Shown here: positions 1 to 12,867 of the stretch, one piece after another
Numbering within the stretch: the first letter of the stretch is position 1
Layout of the letters: the number at the start of each line of letters is the position of its first letter
Source: Trichosphaerium sp. ATCC 40318
Lineage: Eukaryota; Protista; Tubulinea
Length of the DNA stretch: 64,000 nucleotides
Reading direction: 5' to 3'
Assembly: GCA_038496445.1 (NCBI GenBank)
Contig: JALMLS010000213.1
Span: forward strand, 62,001 to 126,000
Made by a program: the position numbers and the translations under genes
Notes under the pieces: model-generated
The model's database searches: none
Told to the model about the DNA's origin: nothing
The model's input: the letters and a program-made list of their open reading frames with translations, nothing else

Positions 1-905
1 AATTTTCTTTTATTACTTTAACTCCAACTTCAGTGTCTGTCCAAAACACTGCTACTTCTTCATTGCCATCTTTATCTTTAATGTATTTATAGTGCTTGTA
101 ATGAGATTAGGTAACCGCCAAAGTTATTTGTCTCGTACCAAGCTACAAAGGTCAAAGTACTTCTCCATCGCAGCTCTACCAAACTCTGTCCTTAAAAATA
201 GTGTTGGATGTTTCGCATTACTGTTTATACCGCCAATAGAATAAGAATGTAAACCTTTCTTTGCCTGTTTTCGAGTTAGGAATGTAGTGAGTTCCATCAA
301 CGCACAAGAACAATAAGTTCATCTTGTAATCTTTCCCAGAGCTCTTGTACTTGCTCGAGAATATATGTTACAGCTGTAATTACTATTCTATTCGCTACAA
401 AGGATGTTAGTACCTAAAAGACCTTGAGACCACGTGTACGATAAAGCATTTTTATCTCTCTCCACGCAATAGGTACGCCATAATATTGTGCCGCATAATA
501 TAAATTGGAGGCATCTTTAACACCAGCTATGCTTTCTTTTTTCATTATACTCACGATTGTCGGAAGATGTTTTGAATGGCTACAATCGATATTTAAACTC
601 ATTACTAGCTAAAGTACACGGACCTGCATTCCTCTAAAAGCGTTGTTGATTCTGACGATGAATTATCTTGTAGTGATTCAAAATGTACTTTAGACGCGAA
701 AAGAGACGATGAATACGCGTCGAGAAGCTCTTCCGATAACGTAAAGCTAAAATCACCACATTTAAACTGTATTGAACTTTCTGTTGCTGTTTCTGTTGTT
801 TCAGTGGTCGTATTAAGTTTCCTCTTGTTGCGGTTCAGGTTCTTCCTTTGTTGCAACTTCTGGTGTTGAATTCAGTTTCCTCTTATTTTTGTGTGGTTCA
901 GACAT
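1..905 (-). pseudogene. NLS-BTB/POZ family copy A1, truncated by the window edge, with a frameshift near 825
   Basis: ATG at 905 (MSEPHKNKRKLN) runs into TAA. The BTB core IQFKCGDFSFTLSEELLDAYSSSLFASKVHFESLQDNS is in another frame (ORF 605..856). Later exons (AAQYYGVP, FLRTEFGRAAMEKYF, HYKYIKDKDGNEEVAVFWTD) splice as in the other copies. Confidence 0.75.
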
Positions 906-944
906 TGCGTGCAAGGTGTATAAAACGTTCTACACATTTTTTTA

Positions 945-992
945 TAGTGATTGATCAGTTGGCACTTGAAGTGCCGTGTACTCTGATCAGTG
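945..992 (-). promoter_or_regulatory. Imperfect palindromic element just upstream of the A1 start, an inverted homolog of the 1482-1720 repeats
   Basis: On the minus strand it reads TGATCAGAGTACACGGCACTTCAAGTGCCAACTGATCA, with a GGCAC/GTGCC inner stem and TGATCAG/CTGATCA outer arms. Confidence 0.4.
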
Positions 993-1481
993 AGATAATA
1001 GGTTAAATCCATTTTTTTAGTTGCGCCTATTAAGGAAAGGGTAGAGGATCTCGAGTAGTGATTGTAAGTACATGCAACATATTTGTACACAGAGATTTTA
1101 TTTTTATGGTTTTGCTTGAACTCTTGCAATCATTATTACGGGTGTGCACTGATCTTGGAGACATAAAAATCCCTCTTGGTACAATACAAACACTACCTTA
1201 ACTTAATACCGTCGATGCTTTTCAGGGATTGGTTACAGGAACGAGTATAGCTGAGGTAACCTTCTATTGGATGAATATGTCACCATTTCAGGCGTTTGAA
1301 TTCGTGAGACCGAAGCTCAACATTGATCTCAACAGAAGACGCATTAACACAATTAAACTATGGCTAATATCAACAACACCCACAAACCCCCTAACCAAAT
1401 TCAATCAAACTCAAACATGACTAAACCGCCAAACCTTGCTACCAGAGCAAGGTTGTGTCTAGTGATCAGTGTGCAATCATA

Positions 1482-1720
1482 GGGACACACTCCAGGGATA
1501 TTGGTCAGCAATCAAGTATTACGGCACCTCGAGTGCCAAGTGATTGAAAACTATGGTGGTAGAATATTAACACCCGTAACCACCCTTACCAAAAAACTCA
1601 TAGTAATCAAAGGGACACACTCAAGGGATAATGGTCAGCAATCAAAGTATTACGGCACCTCGAGTGCCAAGTGATTGAAAACTATGGTGGTAGAATAATA
1701 ACACCTGTATCCACCCCAAC
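1482..1720 (+). repeat. Two direct repeats of about 105 nt, about 130 nt apart, each containing a hairpin
   Basis: agggacacactc.agggata.tggtcagcaatcaa(a)gtattacggcacctcgagtgccaagtgattgaaaactatggtggtagaata occurs at ~1482 and ~1611. Confidence 0.9.
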
Positions 1721-2580
1721 CCCTTGAAAACTTCATTTTCTTTCCAAAACTTTTCTTCTCTTTTCCTTTTTTTTTTACCATTTATTTCTTTTTCTTGAAA
1801 AATTCACATCTTGTATGTAATGTAATTCGCACAAGTGCGCTGTAGTGTTTTATGTACAAATATACACGACATCAGTGCGCTATTGATAGCCACTAAGACG
1901 TTGTCTTTCCTCCCAAACAATCGCATATTAGTTGTCTAGCTGGCGCAACGGTTATTCTAGCGATTCAAAAATAGCTAAAGAGCTGATTTAGTAAATACAC
2001 AACATGAACCCACAACAAAAAAGGGTATGAAGAAATACACTCACGTGCTTAATATTGTCTTAGACTGCGCCTTCAAGAAGTTCCACCAGATTTATTTAAC
2101 AGGTCAGATTCTAGAACAAATATTTGCGCCTAGCGGCTTGCTTACCTTGGTAAGATTGTTTGCACTACAATCCTACTTTGTTTATTAGCCACCGTAAGTG
2201 ATAAAGCCAGACTTGCTTGGAGTAATTTTGTCCGGTGCAATGGGCGCGTATTGCTGAATATAAGAATAGAATTATTGCCCTATTCTTGCGTCAACCGGAC
2301 AAGATTATCACATAGCACATTGTGTACCTTTGTTGCCAGCACCTGAGCCGAGCCTTGACAGTGCAGATTTCTCTATTAACTAGCGTACACGTCTTACATA
2401 TGACTCCTTCCTCACTGCTCGATCAGATGCTCTCTGTTGTTCGTTATGGTAACATCTCACTTAAATAAACTTGCTATCCACTCCTCTGGCGACTAGTTTC
2501 TATTGCGCACAAAGTATGTAGGAAAACGTGACTACCCAAAAGTCAATTTTTTTCTTTCTGTAATGTAACGGTCCGCCACA

Positions 2581-4062
2581 ATGTCTGAGCCACATTTGAA
2601 GAAAAGGAAGCTGAATCCAAAAAATGACGCTCCAGGCATAGCAAAAGCAACACCAGAAACACCAATACAGTTTAAATGTGGTGATTTTAGTTTCACACTA
2701 CCGGAAGACGTTCTAAACGCTCACTCATCGTCATTATTCGCGTCTAAAGTACATTTTGAGTCACTACAAGATAATTCAGAAACAACAACGATCTTGGAGG
2801 AATGTAGGTACGTCAAACTTACATGGTTAATATTTTAAGCGTCTGATGTTGTAAACAACCAGCAACTCAAAATATCTTCCAATTATCGTGCGCTATATGA
2901 AAAAAGAAGAAATCACGAGCATTGAAGAAGCGCCCAAGTTATGGTATGCAGCAGAATACTATGGTATACCCATTGTATGGAAAGATATGAATATGCCTTT
3001 TAGCACGTGCTCATCTTGCTTCTTTTAAGTACTAACAACCACTTGTAGAGCGTTTATTACCTATTATGGCCGTAACAAACATCCTTGAAAAAGCACGAGA
3101 TTGTTGGAGCAGATTACAAACTGAACTAAAAGCTCACGTAAGTTTGTAGCATAAATGATGTACCTAACTAGCAGTTTACATTGTAGGCAGAAGCCGGGTT
3201 CAACTTATTTGTTGTTGGTGGTATTAAAAGAAACGCAAAGCATCCAACAAAATTTTTAAAGACAGAACTTGGCAGAACTGCAATAGAGAAGTATTTTAAA
3301 AGACACGATATGGTATGATGTCAAGTTGTTTCTATCAATGTCGTTAATCTCATATTCAAGCACTATAAATATACAAAAAATTTACGAGGTAAAGAAGAAT
3401 TGACCTTGTTTTGGACAGATGAAGAAGTTGGAATTGAGGTTTTTGCAGCGAAATGTGGTTTTGCGCTTGCTGGTCAATTTTGGGATTTTGCAAACCTGAG
3501 TAAGTAGACCCGGCTTAGTGTTTGTCTGAAAAATTGCTTGTAGCTGAGGAGTTATGGGCCAGATCTCAATGTAAAAGATGGAGTGATTTAACTAATAATA
3601 GAGCCACTTTAATACAAGCTTATTTCAGTGAGGCAGCAATAGGAGGTTTGGAATTCATCATTTTATATCATAATACAGGTACAAACTATCCGAAAGATGT
3701 ATTTTATGACCATAAAATTACCCTTGCGTACGTTATAATTAAAGACGGTTAATTTCTGAAAATACCATGTATTTTTAGGCCAGATCATGTTTGTTCTGTT
3801 AAGGCAGTAGCAAATGATGAAGTGTTGCGAATTAAACTTGGAAAAGTACTGTGTTCGTATCTTGAAGGGGCAGTACGTGTTTATTATCTGTAACATGGTA
3901 TAACAAGTTGCACAGACGTTTGTTGATAATGATGTTCACGACGAAAATAATGTGACCATCACACTATCCATTCCGGAATTGGATAAGAATTTGCTTGAAG
4001 AATTTTTACCAATATACCTCTCGCCCGCACAATCAACTCCTACTGCCAAAGGAGAAGAATAA
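2581..4062 (+). CDS. NLS-BTB/POZ family copy A2 (intact, 8 exons, ~380 aa)
   Basis: Spliced by eye from MSEPHLKKRKLNP to ...FLPIYLSPAQSTPTAKGEE*. Intron 1 is 2808-2862 and intron 2 has a GC donor at 3003. BTB pattern: N-terminal beta hairpin, SLF helix, AAEYYGI matching KCTD EAEFYGL. Confidence 0.85.
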
Positions 4063-4818
4063 AAAACTTGTTGAACACATGGCTACAACTAATTTACGAA
4101 ATACTAATAGTATTGCTGTTGTAATTTGAGGTACAAAAATTCTGTTGTAGTCATTAGTTTAAACTTTGTGAATATACATGTAATATAGTGCATTAGTGTT
4201 TATACCATTTTGGTATTCTGTTCTCAATCATGTGATGAGGTATAGTGGTAGAATAGCTTTGATACTTGCAGGGATTACAAACACGAGTTGCATGTACGCT
4301 AAGCCAGACGGTTTGTGAACATAGGAAGCCTTTTACAACTCTGCAAGCTATACTATTAGTGTATCCTTATGGAGTACTTTACGTGAGCATAAGTACAGAA
4401 AGTCACGTGCATACTACAAATCAGGAGTGGCCTTTTAAAAAGTTGGCTTTCGTTAAAAAAAAAAATAGCGCTATTTCAGTTGTGGAGTTAAGGTAATTGT
4501 AGGCCGAAATGAAGCAAACACTTGCAGCTAGTCGAATTTGCTGTCTTTTGGGCAAAAGTCGGGTATCAATTAGAGGTGACTAAACGCCTCTTATTTCCCT
4601 ATTTGTGCGTAGAAAAGGTATTTGCAAGGTAGTTTGCCGAGTTTTACCAGAACAGGAAGTAACTATTAAAAGTCTGTTCACGAACAGTGAATTATTTACT
4701 ACTGCATTATACAGCGCAGAACTCGCAAAAACATTGCTAAATTTGGTAAGTTATGAACGGCAAGCCCAGTCCGCTTAATAAAATTCAATCTGTCTTGTTC
4801 ACCACTGCTCTAATAACC

Positions 4819-6465
4819 ATGACTGAAGCCCCTAATCCCAAGAAGAGAAAGGTTGCTCAATTGCAAGATAATGGTACGATCAACGCTCTGCTATAGACTG
4901 TACCCCAACCTAATATCTGTGCAGAGGCTTTAACAATACGCCCTGATGCCGTGAAAGCCCCTGAAGAAAGCGAGAAGTTTGCCTTTCTCGTACGCAATGG
5001 TAGGGCGCCGTACGTGAAACGTTTTAAGTGGTTTGTTGACAGTTTACAAGGCATGCTGCCGCTCAGATTACAAACTACGCTGCGCCTGTTCCAATAGATG
5101 AACCAACAAGATTTGTCAATCATGGTTTCCACTTCGAACTGTCTTCCGATGCTCTGAAACAGCACAAATGGTCATTCTTTGCTCGTGCAAGCGCTAACGT
5201 GTCAAAGATGAGCATAACCGTGAACGAAGCCAACGAAATTGTCCTTAATGACGCAATGTACGTACAATTTAATTTGCTGTAAACTTTTAACGGACAACAT
5301 CAGGTACACTGAGGAACTAAAAATAGTTGTACCACTAATGAAAAAAAGAAATCAGCCTAATTTTCCACTTGACAACGCTGATATGGTGATTATGGCACTT
5401 GAGTTTTATGGAGTGGAAATTGACTTTAAACATGAGACAATACCAATAGGTAACATTACACTACTTTGAGTGATTGCTAACTGAAATAGCCTTTCGGTTC
5501 CCGATGGCAGGTGAGGAAAGCTTGATCACTACGGCGAAAAACCTATGGGCGAAAATATTAGACGAAGTGATAAAAACGGTAACGTGTTTAGTTGAACTAA
5601 TAAATACTAACTCAAAATAAGGCCCAGCATGGTGCAACTTCATTCACTTATTCTTTGAAGAATGAATCAGCGCTACTTACTGAAAACGGCAGACGAGTTC
5701 TTACGAGATATTTTTATGGCCATAGCTATAAACTTGTACGTGTTAATCCACAACCAATACTGACAACGTAACATAGTCTGTTGCAATAGAGGAGGAAACA
5801 ACTAATACCACCAACAACAGCATAGTGAGGTTTACATGGGACGAAAGCGAAGTGCCGGAGGCAGCGATAGTCCAGGGCTACCTCAGCCTTCTCCAAACTG
5901 ATTTTACGCTTTTTGGAACATTCCGTACGCCAATATATCAATCATGATTAATTAATATGTATTAGGCGAGCGGCTATGGGCAACAGCTGTATACGCTCAG
6001 TGGCTTAGCATTGATCAATATTCCAGCGCTTTGAAGGAATGCTTCTTGAAAACGGCCAAAGACATATTCAAAATAGTGGTTCATGATGGCTTCCTGCTAC
6101 ACAAACAAAACTTCGATTTTCAGATGAAGGGGTACGATTTACTACCAAAATGTTCCAACCTCACCTTGTATAGACACTCTATGTTCTACTCCGTAAGTAT
6201 TTTATTCAACACCCATGCACGTTACTTGTCTGATTATTTTGCTGGTGTCTTGGGTGGTGTACGTGCTCAATACAAACAACCACTAACCTCTGTGCAGATA
6301 CTAAAGGATGCACATGTGGATTGGATTGACCGATATCTTGTTATTTGGATTGGCATACCTAACACCACCTGTCGCCAAACCAAAGCCCACGTTGATAATG
6401 TACTGGTTACAAACAGTGCCCAGGTAGTCCCACCACCGAAGAAAAAGCTGTCGCACCTTCTGTAG
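4819..6465 (+). CDS. Divergent NLS-BTB family member D1
   Basis: MTEAPNPKKRKV; FVNHGFHFELSSDALKQHKWSFFA; MALEFYGV; GERLWATAVYAQW. The downstream intron layout matches the core copies, but the 5' exon structure is ambiguous. Confidence 0.7.
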
Positions 6466-6622
6466 ATGGATCTGGGCAACCGAGCTGTAGTGCTTTAACA
6501 CTCTTACCACGTCTTGTAAGCTTTAAAAACCAAAAATAAAACGACTACAGCCAGCAACAAACTTAACAGTCAACTTCGTTTCAAATTCAAAAAAGTAACC
6601 GGTAAAACAAACTAAGCTTTTT

Positions 6623-8120
6623 ATGTGTGAACCACAAAAAAAGAAAAGGAAGTTGAATCCAAAGACGGAAACAACAACTACAGCGAAAAACATATCAAGA
6701 CAGTTTAAATGTGGTGATTTTAGCTTTACACTATCGGAGGACCTTCTCAACGCGCATCCATCATCTCTTTTCGCGTCTAAAGTACATTTTGAATCACTAC
6801 AAGATAATTCAACAACAACAACGACTCTGGAGGAATGCAGGTGCGTATACACTATACATTATGTTTTAGCTAACAAAAGTAGGTACGAATAGCCTTTCTT
6901 GAATACAAGATCTTTAAACTGACTTTATCAACGAAAAGCCACTCAAAGTTTCTTCCAACAATCTTGAGTATTATGAAACAAGAAAAAATCCAGAGTGTTG
7001 AAGATGCAACCAATTTATTTTTAGCGGCCGAATACTATGGTGTACCCATTGATTGGAAAGAAATACCTATGGCCTATGGTACACTTTATTCCTTGCATTG
7101 CTTAAAATAACAACTATGTAGCACGGAAGCTACCAATTGTGATAGTTACATACCTCCTCGAACAAGTACAACATTTTTGGGAAAGCCTACAAAATGAGCT
7201 TGTGGCACCAGTATGTTGTTACATTTAAACGTCTAAACTTATTTTTTAACAGGCTGAGCATGGGTTAGGATCCTACTTTGTTGGTAGTGTAAAGAGTAAT
7301 GCAAAGTATCCTACACTCTATTTAAAGTCAGAGTTTGGCCGATCTGCAGTGGAAATGTACTTCACACGCTGTGACTTGGTAAGCACGTGGTTTTGTGGTA
7401 GCTAACATCAACAAGCATTTTAAATATGTCAATGATAAAGACGGTGTAGAACAATTGGCTTTGTTTTGGACAGATGCTGAAGTCGGACGTGAAGTGGTGG
7501 AGGGGAGATGTCTTGAAGCAGTTGCAGGTCAGTTCTGGAAGTTTGCTAACCTGAGTACGTTTGTATTTAGTACATCCATTACCTTGGTGCATAACTGAAG
7601 TACTTTTTTAGCTGAAGAATTATGGGCAAAATGTCAATATAAAAGATGGCACAGTTTATTTTGCGAAAGGTTACAAATCCGCAAGGCCTATGTACAAGAG
7701 GCAACGCTGGGATCATTAACATTTGTTTTTATGTATCATTCATCTAACGAAGATCCTCCAGCAGACGTTCAACATGATTATATCACTACTGTTCAGTATG
7801 TATACAGTTTTGTAGCTCCTTGTATTAATACCCAGCTAGACCAGGTACTGCAAGTTGTGTTAAGAAATTGATTGGTGATGCACTAATGAGGAGAAAGCTT
7901 ATTAGTCTATTGTGTTTGTTCCTAGAAGTAGCAGTACGTTGTTTACTTATTTCACTTTCCCTAACTATTTAAGACCTTTGTTGAAGAAACAATCTACAGT
8001 GACGACACTTTAACAATCACATTATCAATGCCAGAAATTAAGAAATCTGAACTTGAAAATTATATGCCACTGTACCTCACGCCATATAACCCAGAGCGTG
8101 ATCTCAAGAAACAGCTCTAA
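6623..8120 (+). CDS. NLS-BTB family copy A3 (intact)
   Basis: Runs from MCEPQKKKRKLNP to ...YMPLYLTPYNPERDLKKQL*, and all exons splice in frame. Confidence 0.85.
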
Positions 8121-8399
8121 ATTACGCTTAATACTATGTAAAGCCTACTGTACAGACAAATAACAATATGTATTTGTGATATTGTAGATAGCACTTGTTG
8201 GATTAGATCAGACCTCTATACCAATCAAGAACAACAGAGACATCTGGGAGGAGAGGGAAACATCTTTCCCTGATAGATACCTCTACTGCAGAGCGAGCGT
8301 GTGCGGTTTAGTTACAATATAAACATTCGCGATTTTTTTTTTGAGTCGTAGATCAAAAACAGTTTTTTGGGGAGTACAAATAGTTCGAACTCTAAAAAC

Positions 8400-8510
8400 A
8401 GTAATTCAGCAAAACAGTTTAACTCGTTAACGATGTTTACTAATTACATGCTGGCATTCACCTTCAGTATTTTTACGATGCTTTCAATCTCATTTCCGTC
8501 TACTTCATTA
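8400..8510 (-). pseudogene. Relic of a D2-type family copy
   Basis: cagcaaaacagtttaactcgttaacg and caccttcagtatttttacgatgctttcaatctcatttccg closely match D2 at ~11840-12020, with the intervening sequence deleted. Confidence 0.65.
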
Positions 8511-8530
8511 GACAATGTAAGTACTTTAAA

Positions 8531-8886
8531 ACAGAACTAGCAAAAATTACACGATCCATTATATTAGATAGTACACAATGATACTACCAAAACTGTTGTA
8601 AACTGATATGATACGGACAAGCCAGTAGTACTGGTATTAAGTGTTGAACAACAACGAAAGATCCTCTCTTCTCATCGCACAAATGGAAAGCTGATTGACT
8701 AAATAAATGGTTCTCAACAAGTTGTATATTTTCCTACCTTACTTTAAAAGGACACATTTACAAATCGGAATGGTTGTATTCTAGAAACCTACATACACGC
8801 CGTTACGTGTATAATCTATTCAATATTCAGTGTTTTGCCTCTAACTGTGCTACTGTAGCTGTCTGAACTTTACGCTAAAACAACGT
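8531..8886 (+). repeat. Upstream region duplicated at ~14370-14794
   Basis: Long near-identical blocks (gaactagcaaaaattacacga ... tgtatattttcc.accttactttaaaaggacacatttacaaatcggaat ... tgtagctgtctgaactttt) precede both A4 and A6. Confidence 0.85.
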
Positions 8887-10405
8887 ATGTCTGAACCAAA
8901 AACAAAGAAGAGGAAGTTAAATCCAACTGAAACGAGTGAAAAAACAGAAATAACAACACTGGGAGCGAAAAGAACATCAATACAGTTTAAATGTGGTGAT
9001 TTTAGCTTTATGTTATCGGAAGAGCTTCTTAACGCACATTCATCATCTCTTTTCGCGTCTAAAGTACATTTTGAATCACTGCAAGATAATTCATTGTCAA
9101 CAACGACAACGCTTTTGGAGGAATGTAGGCGCGTATGACACTGCACTGGAATAGCATCTCACTAAATTACGACTATAGGTACAACGTATTAAACAAAAGG
9201 CATTAAAACTGACTTTTATGAACGAACAGTCATTCACAGTTTCTTCCAACAATCTTGAGTATTATGAAACAAGAAAAAATCCAAAGTATTGAAGATCCCA
9301 CCAATTTGTTTTTAGCGGCCGAATACTATGGTGTACCTATCGTTTGGAAAAACCTACCTATGGACTATGGTACACTTTACTCCTTGCATTGCTTCAAATG
9401 ACAACTACGTAGCACGGAAGCTACCAATTGTGATAGTTACATACATCCTCTCACAAGTAAAACATTTTTGGGAAAGCCTACAAAATGAGCTTGTTGCACC
9501 AGTATGTTGTTACATTTAAACGTTTAAACTAATTTTTTAACAGGCTGAGCATGGGTTAGGATCCTACTTTGTTGGTAGTGTAAAGAGTAATGCGAAATAT
9601 CCTTCACTCTATTTAAAGTCAGAGTTTGGCCGAGCTGCAGTGGAAATGTACTTCACACGCTGTGACTTGGTAAGCACGTGGTTTTGTGGTAGCTAACATC
9701 AACAAGCATTTTAAATATGTCAACGATAAAGACGGTGTAGAACAATTGGCTTTGTTTTGGACAGATGCTGAAGTAGGACTTGAAGTGGTAAAAAAGAGAA
9801 GTTGTGAAGCAGTGGCGGGTAAATTCTGGAAGTTTGCGAACTTTAGTGCGTTTAAGAAAAGCAATTAAAGCTCATTGTGTTCATGTGCACCTTTTTAGCT
9901 GAAGAACTATGGGCCAAATGTCAATACAAAAGATGGCACAGTTTATTTTGCGAAAGGTTACAAATCCGCAAAGCATATGTGAAAGAGGCAACACTAGGAT
10001 CATTAACATTTGTTTTTATGTATCAATCGGCTGATATAGATCCTCCTGCAGACGTTCGACATGACTATATCACTACTGTTCAGTATGAATACAAGTTTTG
10101 GAACTCCATGTATTTATTAATACCTTGTTGTAGGCCAGGCACCGTATGTTCTGTTAAGAACTTGATTGGCGATGCACTATTGAGGAGTAAGCTTAGAAGT
10201 CTATTGTGTATGTTCCTAGAAGTAGCAGTACGTTGTTTACTTATTTCACTTTTCCTAACCATTTAAGACGTTTGTTGAAGAAAAAGTCTACAGTGATGAC
10301 ACTTTAACAATCACATTATCGCCAGAAATTAAGAAATCTGAGCTTGAAAATTATATGCCACTGTACCTTACGCCATATAACTCAAAGCGGAATCCCAACA
10401 AATAG
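8887..10405 (+). CDS. NLS-BTB family copy A4 (intact, mosaic)
   Basis: GC donor at 9129. The exons 2-8 region is largely near-identical to A3, while the 5' end matches A6/A8. Ends ...YLTPYNSKRNPNK*. Confidence 0.85.
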
Positions 10406-10813
10406 CCCTTTATTACGGTCTTTGTAAAGCCTACTGTACACAAATAAAACACTAAAAGGTTGCAACACTTGATGGCCTACGAGTAGAATAAAAACCTGGC
10501 AGAGTACTTTTATTCCAACATTATCTTCCTGTGTTGCGTTTTCATAGCCCGCAGTAGTTACCTTTGGCAGCAGTTGGAATTCTATGTGGTTTTCACGTTA
10601 TGGTAGGTGTTAATATCCTCAGTGACGCTACTGATAGCGCATGGTAACGCCAGTAAATATTTCGCATGTGGTTTCTTCGTTTTTTACAGTTGTTTGAACT
10701 TTTTTTTAAGGACTGTCAAACTATGAAAACAGAGTATTTATTGTTTATTTTCAGATTAAAAACAATGACAGTTTTGGCGAATACAATTGAAACATTTAGC
10801 GCTAGTGAGACTT

Positions 10814-12387
10814 CTATTTTTTGTTGCCTTTCTTCTTGTAGGTGAGCTTCTTTTTACCGCTTGTATTGCAGAACTTGTTTCGGTCCTGCCCTGATTGTTG
10901 GGCGTCAATGAAAGAATCCTGTTGGTTGTTTGTAATTTTTGGTAAGTTTATTTGAACTCTTAGCAATATTGAACATCCTTCATGGTCAGAAACAGGCTAT
11001 TGAATGTTAGTTTGATTTTACTATGTAATGAAAACATACGCTACCCAACTCAGCTTCAAAATGAGCGAATAATTTTTGTTTGTGCATGTTGCACTCAAGT
11101 TCCCCAACACAAAATACCGGGTGATCTCTAGCAGAGTGTGAGATAAACAATACATCTAAAGTACGTACACATAAAAAACAAAATCTGCTCCTTCTGGATG
11201 AGTCCACCAAGTGGTAACATACAAGAGAAAAAATGGCTTTCCAGCCTCTGCTACCTCAAAAAACTTTTTCTTCAAATCGTCTGTTTGTTCCAAAATATCA
11301 TACCACTGCGCATACACAGCTTCAGCCCATAATCCCTCTCCTATGACACAGTTATTATGATTGTTGATGCCTGCGTACCGAAGCTTTTAAACGAATCCCA
11401 CTCAAGCCCAAGAACATTCTCATAGTCCTTAAATAAATGAGCATTTGCCTGCAGAGTATGCTCATCCCAATACAATGTGAGGTTTATTGGATTTTCTTCA
11501 TTGTCAAGGTTTTCTACAATTTCAAGGTGCTAAATGTGATATATATCAGTACACGTTTTTTTTTTTGCGAAACTACGTACCATGCCGTAAGTAAATGACG
11601 CAAAATACCTTCTCATTTTGGCCAATCCCCTTGATGTTAACAATACGGGTACCAAATCTGGAAGCTTAAGCGTAAACGACATTCCGCCATTTTTTGCCTA
11701 TTTAAGTTATTAAATCTATCAATCAATCTACGTACGCGTCGAAGTACTTCAGCTTTTATTCTGTTCCACAATGCGCCTATCTCTGGTAACAAGGCATTTC
11801 CTACAAGTACGAAAGTTCGAAGATCTAAAAAACAATCCTCAGCAAAAAACAAGTTTAACTCGTTAACGGCGTTTTACTACTTACAGGCTGGCAAGCTACC
11901 GTCATCAAGATTAGCCTTCACACCATAGTATTGAAGAGCACGCATGACGTCACCCCCATTTTGAATGGGACCAAGCTCTTCACCTTTCAGTATTTTTACG
12001 ACGCTTTCAATCTCATTTCCGTAGCTATTTTGTTACTATGTTAGTACTTAGATTACAACAAAGAACAACGTACCTATCCAAAAGTATTATGTCACCGTAC
12101 TCATCAAGTACTTGCATGTCTGTATTAGCCACCAAAAGCGCAAACATCGAAAGGTTATGCCTTCGTAGTATTTCGTGCGACAATGAGAAACGAAAACTCT
12201 TGTGTACATGCACAAAACGTGTAAAACTCGCCACGATTCTAGCCTTTTCCATTTTCAAAGGTTCATTCGAATCAGTCATTATAGTATCATAACCCGCATC
12301 GTATAGGTTCCGTCTTGACATCGCAAGCGCTTTCTCATCATCATTCGGTTCATTGAGCTTTTGTTTCTTTCTAGGCGGTTCACTCAT
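10814..12387 (-). CDS. Divergent NLS-BTB family member D2
   Basis: MSEPPRKKQKLN; FRFSLSHEILRRHNLSMFA...DEYGDIILLD (KCTD-like DxxGxYFID position); RALQYYGV; AKNGGMSFTL; GEGLWAEAVYAQW. Intron positions and phases match the core copies. Confidence 0.75.
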
Positions 12388-12867
12388 TGCTGTTGGGTGC
12401 GTTTGTTGTCTATACAGCTTAAACAAAGTAACTTAGAAGACACGTTTCAATCTTGATTTTGCCCGACAAATACTTGTCTGTCATTGTCAGAATATCAGAT
12501 AAGGTTAACTAGGCGTAGATACATGTTTGAGCGTATACAATGAGTATGTAGTTACAAGGACGATTGTGGAGTTGTGCTTAACACCAGAGAACAGGATAAA
12601 ATGTACCCCTGATACTCTGCAAACCCCTCAGTGTCCTTATCGGTATGGTAGAACACCAAAGGGGTCATCCAAAAGTATCCAACAGTATACCTAGCGAGTT
12701 AAGTGTAGACGTAGAGGCATGAAATTAGTGACTGAACTCCGCTTGCCTATCAGGTTTAACAATTCGACTTTCTGCTGGCCAGGAATCAAAAATTCAGTTG
12801 TTGAGAACTAAAAGACAAATTCTGGAAGGTCAACAGTATTTCTTTTGTAACCAATACACCTACAATA

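Noticed and set aside
4232-4295. tRNA-like GGTATAGTGGTAGAATA
   Set aside because: No T-arm (GTTCRA) or acceptor stem follows.
6523-6852. Recurrent antisense ORFs (ELSCSDSKCTLDAKRDD...KLKSPHLNC), also at 8850, 19270, 24822 and 41331
   Set aside because: These are shadows of the conserved BTB exon, with inconsistent starts and stops.
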